DNA from: Minisyncoccota bacterium
GTDB lineage: Bacteria; Patescibacteriota; Minisyncoccia; Phycocordibacterales; UBA9973
Direction of reading: 5' to 3'
Assembly: GCA_041674285.1 (NCBI GenBank)
Contig: JBAYVZ010000006.1
Location: forward strand, 1 to 49,248
DNA length: 49,248 nt
A model generated the notes under the pieces. That model had not been told where the DNA came from, did not search any database, and was given only the letters and a program-made list of their open reading frames with translations. Below, one piece after another: positions 17,413 through 25,488 of the stretch. The first letter of the stretch is position 1; each line of letters opens with the position of its first letter. A program made the translations under genes and the position numbers.

Positions 17413-17715
17413 ATGATAATTGCAATTGTTTCAATTACAGCGTTCACTGTTTTAATTTATTTGCTCAATAAAAAATTGCCAATACAAATTTGTCCAATTT
17501 GTGCTGGAGTCACACTTACATGGGCTTGGCTCCTCATTGGTATGTGGTTCGGATTGCTATCAGTCGCTTCATATGAACTTATTACAGCGATTTTGATGGG
17601 CGCGTCTATTGGTGGTATTGTAAATGAATTGAAAAAACTATTCTTAAGATTGAGGAATAAAAAGAAAAATGGAAAAGTCGAAATAGTAGAAGATAAATTA
17701 AAAGATTGCTGTTAA
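17413..17715 (+). CDS. small membrane protein with CPICAG motif and C-terminal CC
   Basis: 100 aa with three hydrophobic segments. Family unknown. Confidence 0.45.
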   Translation: MIIAIVSITAFTVLIYLLNKKLPIQICPICAGVTLTWAWLLIGMWFGLLSVASYELITAILMGASIGGIVNELKKLFLRLRNKKKNGKVEIVEDKLKDCC

Positions 17716-17726
17716 AATTAAAAAAT

Positions 17727-18590
17727 ATGAACGATATACAAGACGAAATACAAAAAGAGATAAAAGAAGAATTAAAAAATAATGGTAAAGAAAAATCTCC
17801 ACTCGGATCAAGTATTGCTATTGTTTTAATTTTTACAATTTTGATGTGGAATTTTGTTGGTATAGATATACCGAAATCAAAAATGCATTGGGGTGATATG
17901 GGAATAAAAATGGTAGAAGCAGGGGTGATAGATAAAGAAAGCTTTGAAAAACTTTATGCCGAGAACGGTGGATTGTCATCCGAAGAGCAAAAATTATTGT
18001 TTGGACAAAATAATGGCAACCTTGTTGTTACTCCGCAAAATTCTAAAATGGTTCTTAATATGCTTTGGGCATTTGGGTTGGGAAACAAAAATCCTGTTTT
18101 GGAAAACGGACCCATGATGGATCCTGCCTATGGCGGAGCTGGCCGCTTTGCTTCAACAGGTGGCTGGACACTCGCCGTTGGTGATCCAATGAATCACTAT
18201 AGTAAGCATAATTTTGTAACACTTACACCAGAACAACAAATTCTTTTAGAAAAAGTTGCCAAGAATATATATCGAGCATGTTGTGATAACTCCACTTATT
18301 TCCCTGATTGCAATCACGGTATGGCGATGCTTGGCTTGCTGGAGCTGATGGCTTCACAAGGCGCATCCGAGGCGGATATGTACAAAAAAGCCTTAGAGGT
18401 AAATACTCTTTGGTTCCCGGAGCAATATAAAACTATTAAAACTTTTCTTGCATCTCAAAATATAGATTGGAATACCACTGACCCAAAAGAAATTCTCTCT
18501 ATGAATTATTCAAGTTCAACAGGATTTCAAAAAGTTCTTTCTCAAATGAAACCTCAAGAACAAAAAAGTGGGACAAATTGTGCTGTGTAA
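17727..18590 (+). CDS. membrane-anchored Cys-rich protein (RACCDNSTYFPDCNHGMAM motif)
   Basis: One N-terminal TM segment, a Cys cluster and a C-terminal NCAV. ATG 17727 preferred. Family unknown to me. Confidence 0.5.
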   Translation: MNDIQDEIQKEIKEELKNNGKEKSPLGSSIAIVLIFTILMWNFVGIDIPKSKMHWGDMGIKMVEAGVIDKESFEKLYAENGGLSSEEQKLLFGQNNGNLVVTPQNSKMVLNMLWAFGLGNKNPVLENGPMMDPAYGGAGRFASTGGWTLAVGDPMNHYSKHNFVTLTPEQQILLEKVAKNIYRACCDNSTYFPDCNHGMAMLGLLELMASQGASEADMYKKALEVNTLWFPEQYKTIKTFLASQNIDWNTTDPKEILSMNYSSSTGFQKVLSQMKPQEQKSGTNCAV

Positions 18591-18613
18591 TTATTAGATT
18601 AAAAATAAAATAT

Positions 18614-19144
18614 ATGAAAACAGATTATAAAATTACTATAATTATTATATTAGCAACCCTGATTGTTTTAATTGGAGGAATATGGTTGCTCGATAAAAGT
18701 GATAAAAAAAATCGTCAGAAGTTAAGCATTTCAATGATGGGAGAAAAAATGACAGATGAAGGATCAAAACATGTGAGTCCCGGAGAAGAACATCCACCAT
18801 ATAAAACAAACCCACCGACTTCTGGATATCATTGGGCTGGAGTTGCTGGGCCTGGAATTAAAACCAAACCGGTTGCTGATGAGCTTGTACTTCACAGTAT
18901 GGAGCATGGAGCAGTCGTTGTTTGGTATAAAGAAGGATTAGATGAGAGTGAGATTGATAAGATTAAAGATGCATTTCAGAGTGCTTCGGGAAAAAAGATA
19001 ATGTTATCACGCAAAGATTTAGATGTTCCAGTTGCATTAACATCATGGGGTTATCTTCTAAAATTGGAAACCATTGATCAAGAAAAAATTAAAGAATTTA
19101 TTGAAATAAATAATGATAGAGCTCCAGAAAAAGCAGCAATTTAA
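18614..19144 (+). CDS. DUF3105-domain protein
   Basis: Signal anchor present. YKTNPPTSGYHW...LVLHSMEHGAVVVWY matches the DUF3105 motifs PPxSGxH and HxxEHG. Confidence 0.75.
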   Translation: MKTDYKITIIIILATLIVLIGGIWLLDKSDKKNRQKLSISMMGEKMTDEGSKHVSPGEEHPPYKTNPPTSGYHWAGVAGPGIKTKPVADELVLHSMEHGAVVVWYKEGLDESEIDKIKDAFQSASGKKIMLSRKDLDVPVALTSWGYLLKLETIDQEKIKEFIEINNDRAPEKAAI

Positions 19145-19169
19145 ATTAAAATAATAATCAAAAAAATAT

Positions 19170-19412
19170 ATGCATAATCATAATAATAAAGAAAATAATT
19201 GGATGATGTGGGCGATGATGATCTGTTGTATGGCGCCGATACTTTTTATCGTTTTCTTGGGTACTGGAGCAAAATCTTTAGGTTTCTCATTTTGGATTGC
19301 AATTGGTGGATTAGCAGTTTTCATTATCGTTCACTTTATAATGATGAAAAAATCTACTAATTCAAAAGAGGATTCTTCTGATTCTAATTCAGAGAATAAA
19401 AGTTGCCACTAA
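19170..19412 (+). CDS. small His/Met/Cys-rich membrane protein
   Basis: MHNHNN..WMMWAMMICCMAPILF.., two TM segments, ends in SCH. Confidence 0.45.
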   Translation: MHNHNNKENNWMMWAMMICCMAPILFIVFLGTGAKSLGFSFWIAIGGLAVFIIVHFIMMKKSTNSKEDSSDSNSENKSCH

Positions 19413-19480
19413 ATTATTAAAAACAAATCACTCTAATTTTAATTTGAGAAAAGGGATTTTTGTGATAAACTAAAAATATA

Positions 19481-20485
19481 ATGTCACAAAAAAATATATA
19501 CCATGTATCAGGTACACATTGCGCATCTTGTAAAATACTCCTCGAAGATATTATCGGCGAGCAGGATTTTATAGAGAGTGTAATTGTAAATCTTAAAAAA
19601 GAAACAGTTGAGATTGAAAGTGAAAAGACATCAGAAGAAATTTTGAATATTTTAAATTCAAAAATAAAAGAAAATGGATATGTCTTAACTACTGAAAAAC
19701 AAGAAAAAGAAAAACAAAATCACAAAGATTTATGGACAGCATTACCAATCGGAATTGCATTTTTAATTTTATTCTTTTTGCTTCAAAAATCTGGAATATT
19801 AAATTTTGGTATTGGCGGGGAGGTCACCCCCACTACTCGTTTTCTCATTGGACTGATCGCTTCGGTGTCTAGTTGCCTGGCAATTATCGGTGGATTAGTT
19901 TTGTCATTGTCAGCAAAAATTTCACAAGATAATGTCAGTGATAAAAAAACATTCTTGCTTTTCCATATAGGTAGGCTTGTTTCTTTTGCTGTACTCGGCG
20001 GATTACTAGGATTGCTCGGTAATGCTATTGGTATTAATTTTACACTCACTGCTATCTTGGGGATTATTGCATCTATCATAATGTTGCTATTGGGGTTTAA
20101 TTTGGTTGGAGTATTTAAAAAAAATAAGATTACTTTAAACTCTGGAAATTTTAATTTTTTTAGAAAAATTGAACACAAAACTCTCACTCCATTAATTATA
20201 GGATTTGCAACGTTCTTTTTGCCATGTGGATTTACTCAATCAATGCAATTCGTCGCGCTTTCAAGTGGATCATTCACGTCTGGGCTCCTCATTATGTTTG
20301 CATTTGCTCTGGGTACACTGCCAGTACTTCTTTTGCTATCATTTGGTTCAGCCTCATTCGCACACAGCAAATATGCACCAATATTCTTTAAATCTGCAGG
20401 TGTGGTCGTGCTAGGTCTCGGATTGTTTGCGCTATTATCCGGTCTCGCTAGTCTTGGTATTATTAACCCAATAATTAATATATAA
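19481..20485 (+). CDS. HMA domain fused to a TauE/SafE (DsbD_2-like) membrane transporter domain
   Basis: N-terminal GTHCASCKILLED metal-binding fold, then a polytopic domain with FFLPCGFTQSMQ. Confidence 0.8.
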   Translation: MSQKNIYHVSGTHCASCKILLEDIIGEQDFIESVIVNLKKETVEIESEKTSEEILNILNSKIKENGYVLTTEKQEKEKQNHKDLWTALPIGIAFLILFFLLQKSGILNFGIGGEVTPTTRFLIGLIASVSSCLAIIGGLVLSLSAKISQDNVSDKKTFLLFHIGRLVSFAVLGGLLGLLGNAIGINFTLTAILGIIASIIMLLLGFNLVGVFKKNKITLNSGNFNFFRKIEHKTLTPLIIGFATFFLPCGFTQSMQFVALSSGSFTSGLLIMFAFALGTLPVLLLLSFGSASFAHSKYAPIFFKSAGVVVLGLGLFALLSGLASLGIINPIINI

Positions 20486-20524
20486 ATGACGCATTTCTTT
20501 GTTACTTCGTTCATTTGTTCCCGC

Positions 20525-20542
20525 AATGTACATTAGTACATT
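20525..20542. promoter_or_regulatory. 7-4-7 inverted repeat AATGTAC-ATTA-GTACATT (operator-like)
   Basis: Perfect 7-bp arms in an unusually long 131-nt intra-operon spacer. A third TACATT copy lies about 35 nt downstream. Confidence 0.3.
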
Positions 20543-20616
20543 TTGGTCACAAGCCTCACTTGCGCCTCGAAATACATTCATTTATAAAATTAATTAAATT
20601 AATATATAATATAACT

Positions 20617-21021
20617 ATGAAAAAAACAGCTCCAATAATACTAGGTATTGCATTACTGATAATTATTGCCATTTTGTTAGTAGGTAATACTTCCAATAAA
20701 AAAGTTGTAGAAAAAACAGATACAGATAATATAAACAACGTAGAGATACGAGATGGTATACAGTATGTGACTATCAATGCCCGTGGGGGATATAGTCCAC
20801 GATTATCAGAAGCAAAATCTGGTATCCCGACAAAATTGATTGTAAAAACAAATGGGACATATGATTGTTCTACTACCCTCGTGATTCGTTCAATTGGTTT
20901 TCAAAAGATTTTACCAAACACTGGTAGTACAGAAATAGATTTAGGTACACCAAAAGAAAACACATCCATTGCGGGTATGTGTAGTATGGGAATGTATAAT
21001 TTCAATATTGATTTTAAATAA
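20617..21021 (+). CDS. cupredoxin-like domain protein
   Basis: Signal anchor present. YDCSTTLVIRSIGFQKILPNTGSTEIDLG...GMCSMGMYNFNIDF fits the cupredoxin_1-type pattern. ATG 20617 preferred. Confidence 0.7.
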   Translation: MKKTAPIILGIALLIIIAILLVGNTSNKKVVEKTDTDNINNVEIRDGIQYVTINARGGYSPRLSEAKSGIPTKLIVKTNGTYDCSTTLVIRSIGFQKILPNTGSTEIDLGTPKENTSIAGMCSMGMYNFNIDFK

Positions 21022-21056
21022 AAAAGCCGGTCCTATGAAGGGCCGGCTTTTTCTTT
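21022..21056. terminator. bidirectional intrinsic terminator
   Basis: agccggtcc/gggccggct stem flanked by A5 and T-runs, between convergent genes. Confidence 0.85.
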
Positions 21057-21518
21057 TTAGTTGCAAGCTAGGCTTGCAAAGGATTTTTGGGATACTTTTT
21101 CTGTTATTTTTTGTGGTACAGCTTTATCAAAAAGACACCCTACCTCTGATTCTTCAATTTCAAATGTTATCATCTTGGAGCCCTCGATTTTATCGGTATG
21201 CTGATACATTTTATGAGTAAAAGAGCCATCTTTTAATTCCTTGGGGATTTCTGGCTTGCAGGGGTTGTTCCTTTTTTCGAGGAATGATAGAAGTGCACGT
21301 TTAATACCTTCTTTAATGTTTTTAAGCATTAAAGTCGGAATGTGATTGTTGATATTTAGCCTCTCTGTGTTTAATAGAATAGGCTCAACAATCTCCGTCC
21401 TGTTTTTTTTCGCGGAATAAGGAATAGTTAATCCCTTTTTGAACGTGATTTCACCTTTTATGAGGTGTGCTGCTTCGAAATCTGTAACTGTTACGTAAAG
21501 ATCAATTTTTGTTGTCAT
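21057..21518 (-). CDS. hypothetical protein
   Basis: 153-aa ORF with its own TGcTATAAT promoter and an A/C-rich leader; no motif recognised. Confidence 0.5.
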   Translation of the reverse strand: MTTKIDLYVTVTDFEAAHLIKGEITFKKGLTIPYSAKKNRTEIVEPILLNTERLNINNHIPTLMLKNIKEGIKRALLSFLEKRNNPCKPEIPKELKDGSFTHKMYQHTDKIEGSKMITFEIEESEVGCLFDKAVPQKITEKVSQKSFASLACN

Positions 21519-21544
21519 TTTTTGCGTTGGTTTTTTGGTTTTGA
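21519..21544 (-). promoter_or_regulatory. A/C-rich leader motif AAAACCAAAAAACCAACGCAAAAA abutting the ATG
   Basis: Minus-strand reading; shares AAAACCAAAAAACCAA with the leader of 8051. Confidence 0.35.
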
Positions 21545-21598
21545 AGAATTATAGCACATTTGTTTAATAATGTAAACAAAATAAGGGTCTTATAGTTG

Positions 21599-21607
21599 TG
21601 ATATAAT
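21599..21607 (+). promoter_or_regulatory. extended -10 box (TGaTATAAT) 6 nt upstream of ATG 21614
   Basis: TGATATAAT-ataaac-ATG. Confidence 0.5.
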
Positions 21608-21613
21608 ATAAAC

Positions 21614-23281
21614 ATGATAAAGAAAGAAAATAATGCCTCAGATGTTTTTGTAAAATGCCTTGAGAACGAAGGCGTAGAATACATATTTGGGGTACCAGGT
21701 GAAGAGAATCTGATGTTCATGGAATCATTGCGTACTTCAAATATTAAATTCATAACTACTCGCAACGAACAGGCCGCAGTATTCATGGCAGCTACACTCG
21801 GGCGCCTAACTGGTGCTGTAGGGGTGGCTCTGTCTACTCTAGGACCCGGAGCTACCAATCTAGTGACTGGAGTCGCATATGCACAGTTAGCTGGTATACC
21901 GCTACTGGTGATCACAGGTCAAAAACCGATAAAGAAAAGCAAGCAAGGAAAATTCCAGATTATAAATGTAGTAGAGATGATGCGTCCGATAACAAAATTC
22001 TCTCAGACTATCATATCTAGTGACCGAATTCCAAGTGCTGTCCGAGAAGCAGTAAAGCTAGCTGAGTGTGAGAGGCCCGGAGCTGTACACCTAGAATTCC
22101 CAGAAGATATAGCAGAAGAAAAATGTGATATGAATCCAATCCCTCGATACAGGGTGCGTCGTCCAAATGCAGATGAAAAATCAATAGCCGAAGCACTTAA
22201 AGAAATTGAAAATGCAAAGAGCCCTTTGATAGTGGTCGCTTCAGGTGGCAATAGAAAATTGGTACGAAAACAATTACATAATTTCCTAGAAAAAACAGGT
22301 ATCCCTTTTGTATCTACTCAGATGGGCAAGGGGGTAGAAGATGAGACTTCTACTCTACATATCGGTACGACATCTCTTTCTGATGGGGATTATGTACATA
22401 GGGCTCTCCGAAAAGCAGATTTGATAATCATGATCGGCCATGATGTGAGTGAAAAGCCACCGATTATACTTACAGAAGAACACTGCAAAACTATCCACGT
22501 ACATTTCTATCCTGCTGTCGTAGATGATGTATATGTACCTACTATGGAAGTGGTAGGAGATATATCTCATACATTGTGGTCTTTTGCTGAGAATATAAAA
22601 ATAAATACAAATTGGGATTTTAAATATTTCTTTGAAGTCCGAGATGAATTGCAAGCTGATATTCAAAAATTCGCAGAGGCAGATGATTTCCCACTCAGAC
22701 CAGAACGTATAGTGTCAGATATATCAAAGGTGCTACCTAGTGATGGGATGCTGGCATTGGACAATGGTATGTACAAGATATGGGTATCTAGGAATTTTGC
22801 CAGTCGTGAGCAGAATAGTGTTCTCCTAGACAATGCACTAGCTACTATGGGGGCGGGATTGTCCTCGGGTATAGCAGCCAAGATCCTATATCCTGAAAAG
22901 AAAGTATTAGTTGTATCTGGTGATGGCGGAATAATGATGAATATAGGGGATCTGGAGACTGCTGTCCGGTTAGGCATCAATCTTGTTGTTCTCATACTCG
23001 ATGATTCAGGTTTTGGAATGATTCGCTGGAAGCAGAAGAATATGAACTTACATCCTTTTTCTCTTGATTTTAAAAATCCAGATTTTGTAAAACTAGCAGA
23101 GAGCTTTGGAGCTGTGGGTCACAGAGTAGAGAATGCAGATGAATTAACTTCTATATTAGAAAAAGCCCTGGCAAGTACTGGTGTGCATATTATATCTTGT
23201 CCGATAGACTATTCCTTTGCAAATGAAGATTTAGGTTTTATTAAAAAAGAAGAATTTATTAATATATCAGAATCAGAATAA
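21614..23281 (+). CDS. thiamine-diphosphate enzyme of the acetolactate synthase large-subunit family
   Basis: GVPGEENL, GPGATNLVTG and the ThDP-binding GDGGIMMNIGDLETAVRL...N motif. At 555 aa it is about the size of catabolic ALS. Confidence 0.85.
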   Translation: MIKKENNASDVFVKCLENEGVEYIFGVPGEENLMFMESLRTSNIKFITTRNEQAAVFMAATLGRLTGAVGVALSTLGPGATNLVTGVAYAQLAGIPLLVITGQKPIKKSKQGKFQIINVVEMMRPITKFSQTIISSDRIPSAVREAVKLAECERPGAVHLEFPEDIAEEKCDMNPIPRYRVRRPNADEKSIAEALKEIENAKSPLIVVASGGNRKLVRKQLHNFLEKTGIPFVSTQMGKGVEDETSTLHIGTTSLSDGDYVHRALRKADLIIMIGHDVSEKPPIILTEEHCKTIHVHFYPAVVDDVYVPTMEVVGDISHTLWSFAENIKINTNWDFKYFFEVRDELQADIQKFAEADDFPLRPERIVSDISKVLPSDGMLALDNGMYKIWVSRNFASREQNSVLLDNALATMGAGLSSGIAAKILYPEKKVLVVSGDGGIMMNIGDLETAVRLGINLVVLILDDSGFGMIRWKQKNMNLHPFSLDFKNPDFVKLAESFGAVGHRVENADELTSILEKALASTGVHIISCPIDYSFANEDLGFIKKEEFINISESE

Positions 23282-23285
23282 TACA

Positions 23286-24653
23286 ATGGCCATACAATCA
23301 AAAAATCCAAGTACAGAAGAAGTGCTAAAAGATTTCAGTGAGATATCTGAGTCAGAACTTGTAGACAAGATAAATTTTGCCCAAGATACTTTTATAGAGT
23401 GGAAGGAGACTTCTTTTTCTCATCGTGCAGAATTATTGAAAAAGCATGCATCTTATATCAGGGAAAACATAGACAGTATGGCCATGCTCGCATCTATAGA
23501 GATGGGCAAGACCAAAAAAGCTGCAATCGTGGAGCTTGAAAAATGTGCGGGTGTCTGTGAATACTATGCAGAAAATGCTGAGAGTATCCTAAAAAATGAG
23601 ATACTGCATTCAAATGCTACTGAAAATTATGTATCATTTGAGCCTATGGGTGTAGTGCTCGCTGTGATGCCTTGGAATTTCCCTTATTGGCAAGTATACC
23701 GATTCATTGCCCCTGCCCTTATGGCTGGGAATGTGGGCTTACTAAAACATGCATCAAATGTACCTCAGTGTGCACAATCCATAGAGGATGCTTTTACAAA
23801 TTCTGGTTTTCCAAAAGGTATTTTCCAGAATCTATTTATAAGTTCAGGTAGAGTAGAGAGTGTGATTCGTCATCATCATGTAAAGGCAGTCACCCTCACT
23901 GGTAGTGAAGGTGCTGGACGGTCTGTGGCGTCTATATCTGGGGACGAGATAAAGAAGACCGTCCTCGAGCTAGGCGGTAGTGATCCATTTATCGTGTTAG
24001 AAGATGCAGATATAGAGGCAGCTGCGATAGACGCTGCTATCGGACGAATGCAAAACAACGTGGGTCAGAGCTGTATTGCAGCTAAAAGATTTATCGTACA
24101 GGATACAGTAGTAGGAAAATTCACTGAATTATTTGTAAATCATATGAGCAATCTGATCGTGGGTGATCCATTGCTCGAAGAGACAAATGTAGGTCCACTT
24201 GCTACACTACAAGGACTAGAGGATGTAGAGAGGCAAGTAGAAGACTCTATCACCCTTGGTGCAAAAGTTCTCTGTGGAGGTGTTCGTGGAGAAGGCAAGG
24301 GGTACTACTATCTACCTACAGTATTGGATCATGTAAAAAGGGGGATGCCAGTATATGACGAAGAGGTCTTTGGGCCTGTGGCTCCTATAATAAAATTCTC
24401 AAATATTGATGAAGCGATAAAGATAGCAAACGATACTCCTTTCGGTCTCGGTGCTACTATCTTCACAAAGGATATTGAAAAAGCAAAAAATATAGCTACA
24501 AAAATCGAAGCAGGTAATGTATTTATAAATGGGTTTGTCAGGTCAGATTCAAGGATACCTTTTGGAGGAACAAAAAGATCAGGCTATGGGCGAGAGCTCG
24601 GTAGCTATGGAATCAAAGAGTTTGTGAATATAAAAAATATCTGGATAAAATAA
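23286..24653 (+). CDS. NAD(P)-dependent succinate-semialdehyde dehydrogenase-like aldehyde dehydrogenase (Sad/YneI type)
   Basis: MPWNFPYWQV, LLKHASNV, ELGGSDPFIVL and catalytic Cys in GQSCIAAKRF. The C-terminus FGGTKRSGYGRELGSYGIKEF closely parallels E. coli YneI as I recall it. Confidence 0.8.
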   Translation: MAIQSKNPSTEEVLKDFSEISESELVDKINFAQDTFIEWKETSFSHRAELLKKHASYIRENIDSMAMLASIEMGKTKKAAIVELEKCAGVCEYYAENAESILKNEILHSNATENYVSFEPMGVVLAVMPWNFPYWQVYRFIAPALMAGNVGLLKHASNVPQCAQSIEDAFTNSGFPKGIFQNLFISSGRVESVIRHHHVKAVTLTGSEGAGRSVASISGDEIKKTVLELGGSDPFIVLEDADIEAAAIDAAIGRMQNNVGQSCIAAKRFIVQDTVVGKFTELFVNHMSNLIVGDPLLEETNVGPLATLQGLEDVERQVEDSITLGAKVLCGGVRGEGKGYYYLPTVLDHVKRGMPVYDEEVFGPVAPIIKFSNIDEAIKIANDTPFGLGATIFTKDIEKAKNIATKIEAGNVFINGFVRSDSRIPFGGTKRSGYGRELGSYGIKEFVNIKNIWIK

Positions 24654-24686
24654 TAAAATCCCTCACGGAAACCGTGAGGGATTTTA
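24654..24686. terminator. bidirectional intrinsic terminator
   Basis: atccctcacgg/ccgtgagggat stem flanked by A/T runs, between convergent genes. Confidence 0.85.
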
Positions 24687-25487
24687 TTATAGGCTTTTTC
24701 TGTTTGGGCGGGTGATGTATTTTTCGGATTCTTTTATGATTCTCTCCATTATGGTCACTGCCTCTAGGGGGTACTTGCCACTGGCAGATTCTTCGGATAG
24801 CATCACTGCGTCGGCACCTTCGATGATAGCAAATGCTACGTCGGTCACTTCGGCACGAGTAGGCTCGGGATTCTCCTTCATAGATAGCATCATCTGCGTA
24901 GCTACTATGACTGGTTTTCCTGCCTCATTGCATCTTCTTATTATGTCCTGCTGAGCAAAGGGGATAGTCTCGATAGGCAGTTCACTGCCTAGGTCTCCAC
25001 GGGCGACCATGATAGCATCAGCTTCTGATATGATTTCATCTATATTCTCTATGGCAATCTTTCTCTCTACTTTGGCTATTATAGGGATTATCTTGCCAAT
25101 CTCTTGCATATGAGCGCGTAATTTCTTGATATCAGATCCTGATCCTACAAAAGATAATGCTACGTAGTCTACATTCTGTTCGATTCCAAATTTTAAATCA
25201 GAAAGATCTTTCTCTGTGATGACTTCTACTTCTTGATTATATGTGTGGCCGGCACCTTCTTGAATTCTAGGTCCGGATAGGTCTTGAATAATAGGAATTT
25301 TTCTGCCTATTTTTTCTGCGAGCATCCTGATATCCTTTATATATTGTGCATGCTCTTCATGTGAACCCCAAGAGAAATTCAGACGGGCTACATCCATCTT
25401 GTGGTCTAGCATCTTTTCTAGGATTGCAATATCTTTTGATGCGGGTCCAATGGTTGCTACTATTTGTGCTTTTGAATTTGTTTCCAT
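24687..25487 (-). CDS. pyk: pyruvate kinase, A-domain only (lacks B lid and C-terminal domain)
   Basis: [40 protein letters not shown] and [10 protein letters not shown] are present, but the protein is only 266 aa. Confidence 0.75.
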   Translation of the reverse strand: METNSKAQIVATIGPASKDIAILEKMLDHKMDVARLNFSWGSHEEHAQYIKDIRMLAEKIGRKIPIIQDLSGPRIQEGAGHTYNQEVEVITEKDLSDLKFGIEQNVDYVALSFVGSGSDIKKLRAHMQEIGKIIPIIAKVERKIAIENIDEIISEADAIMVARGDLGSELPIETIPFAQQDIIRRCNEAGKPVIVATQMMLSMKENPEPTRAEVTDVAFAIIEGADAVMLSEESASGKYPLEAVTIMERIIKESEKYITRPNRKSL

Positions 25488-25488
25488 T

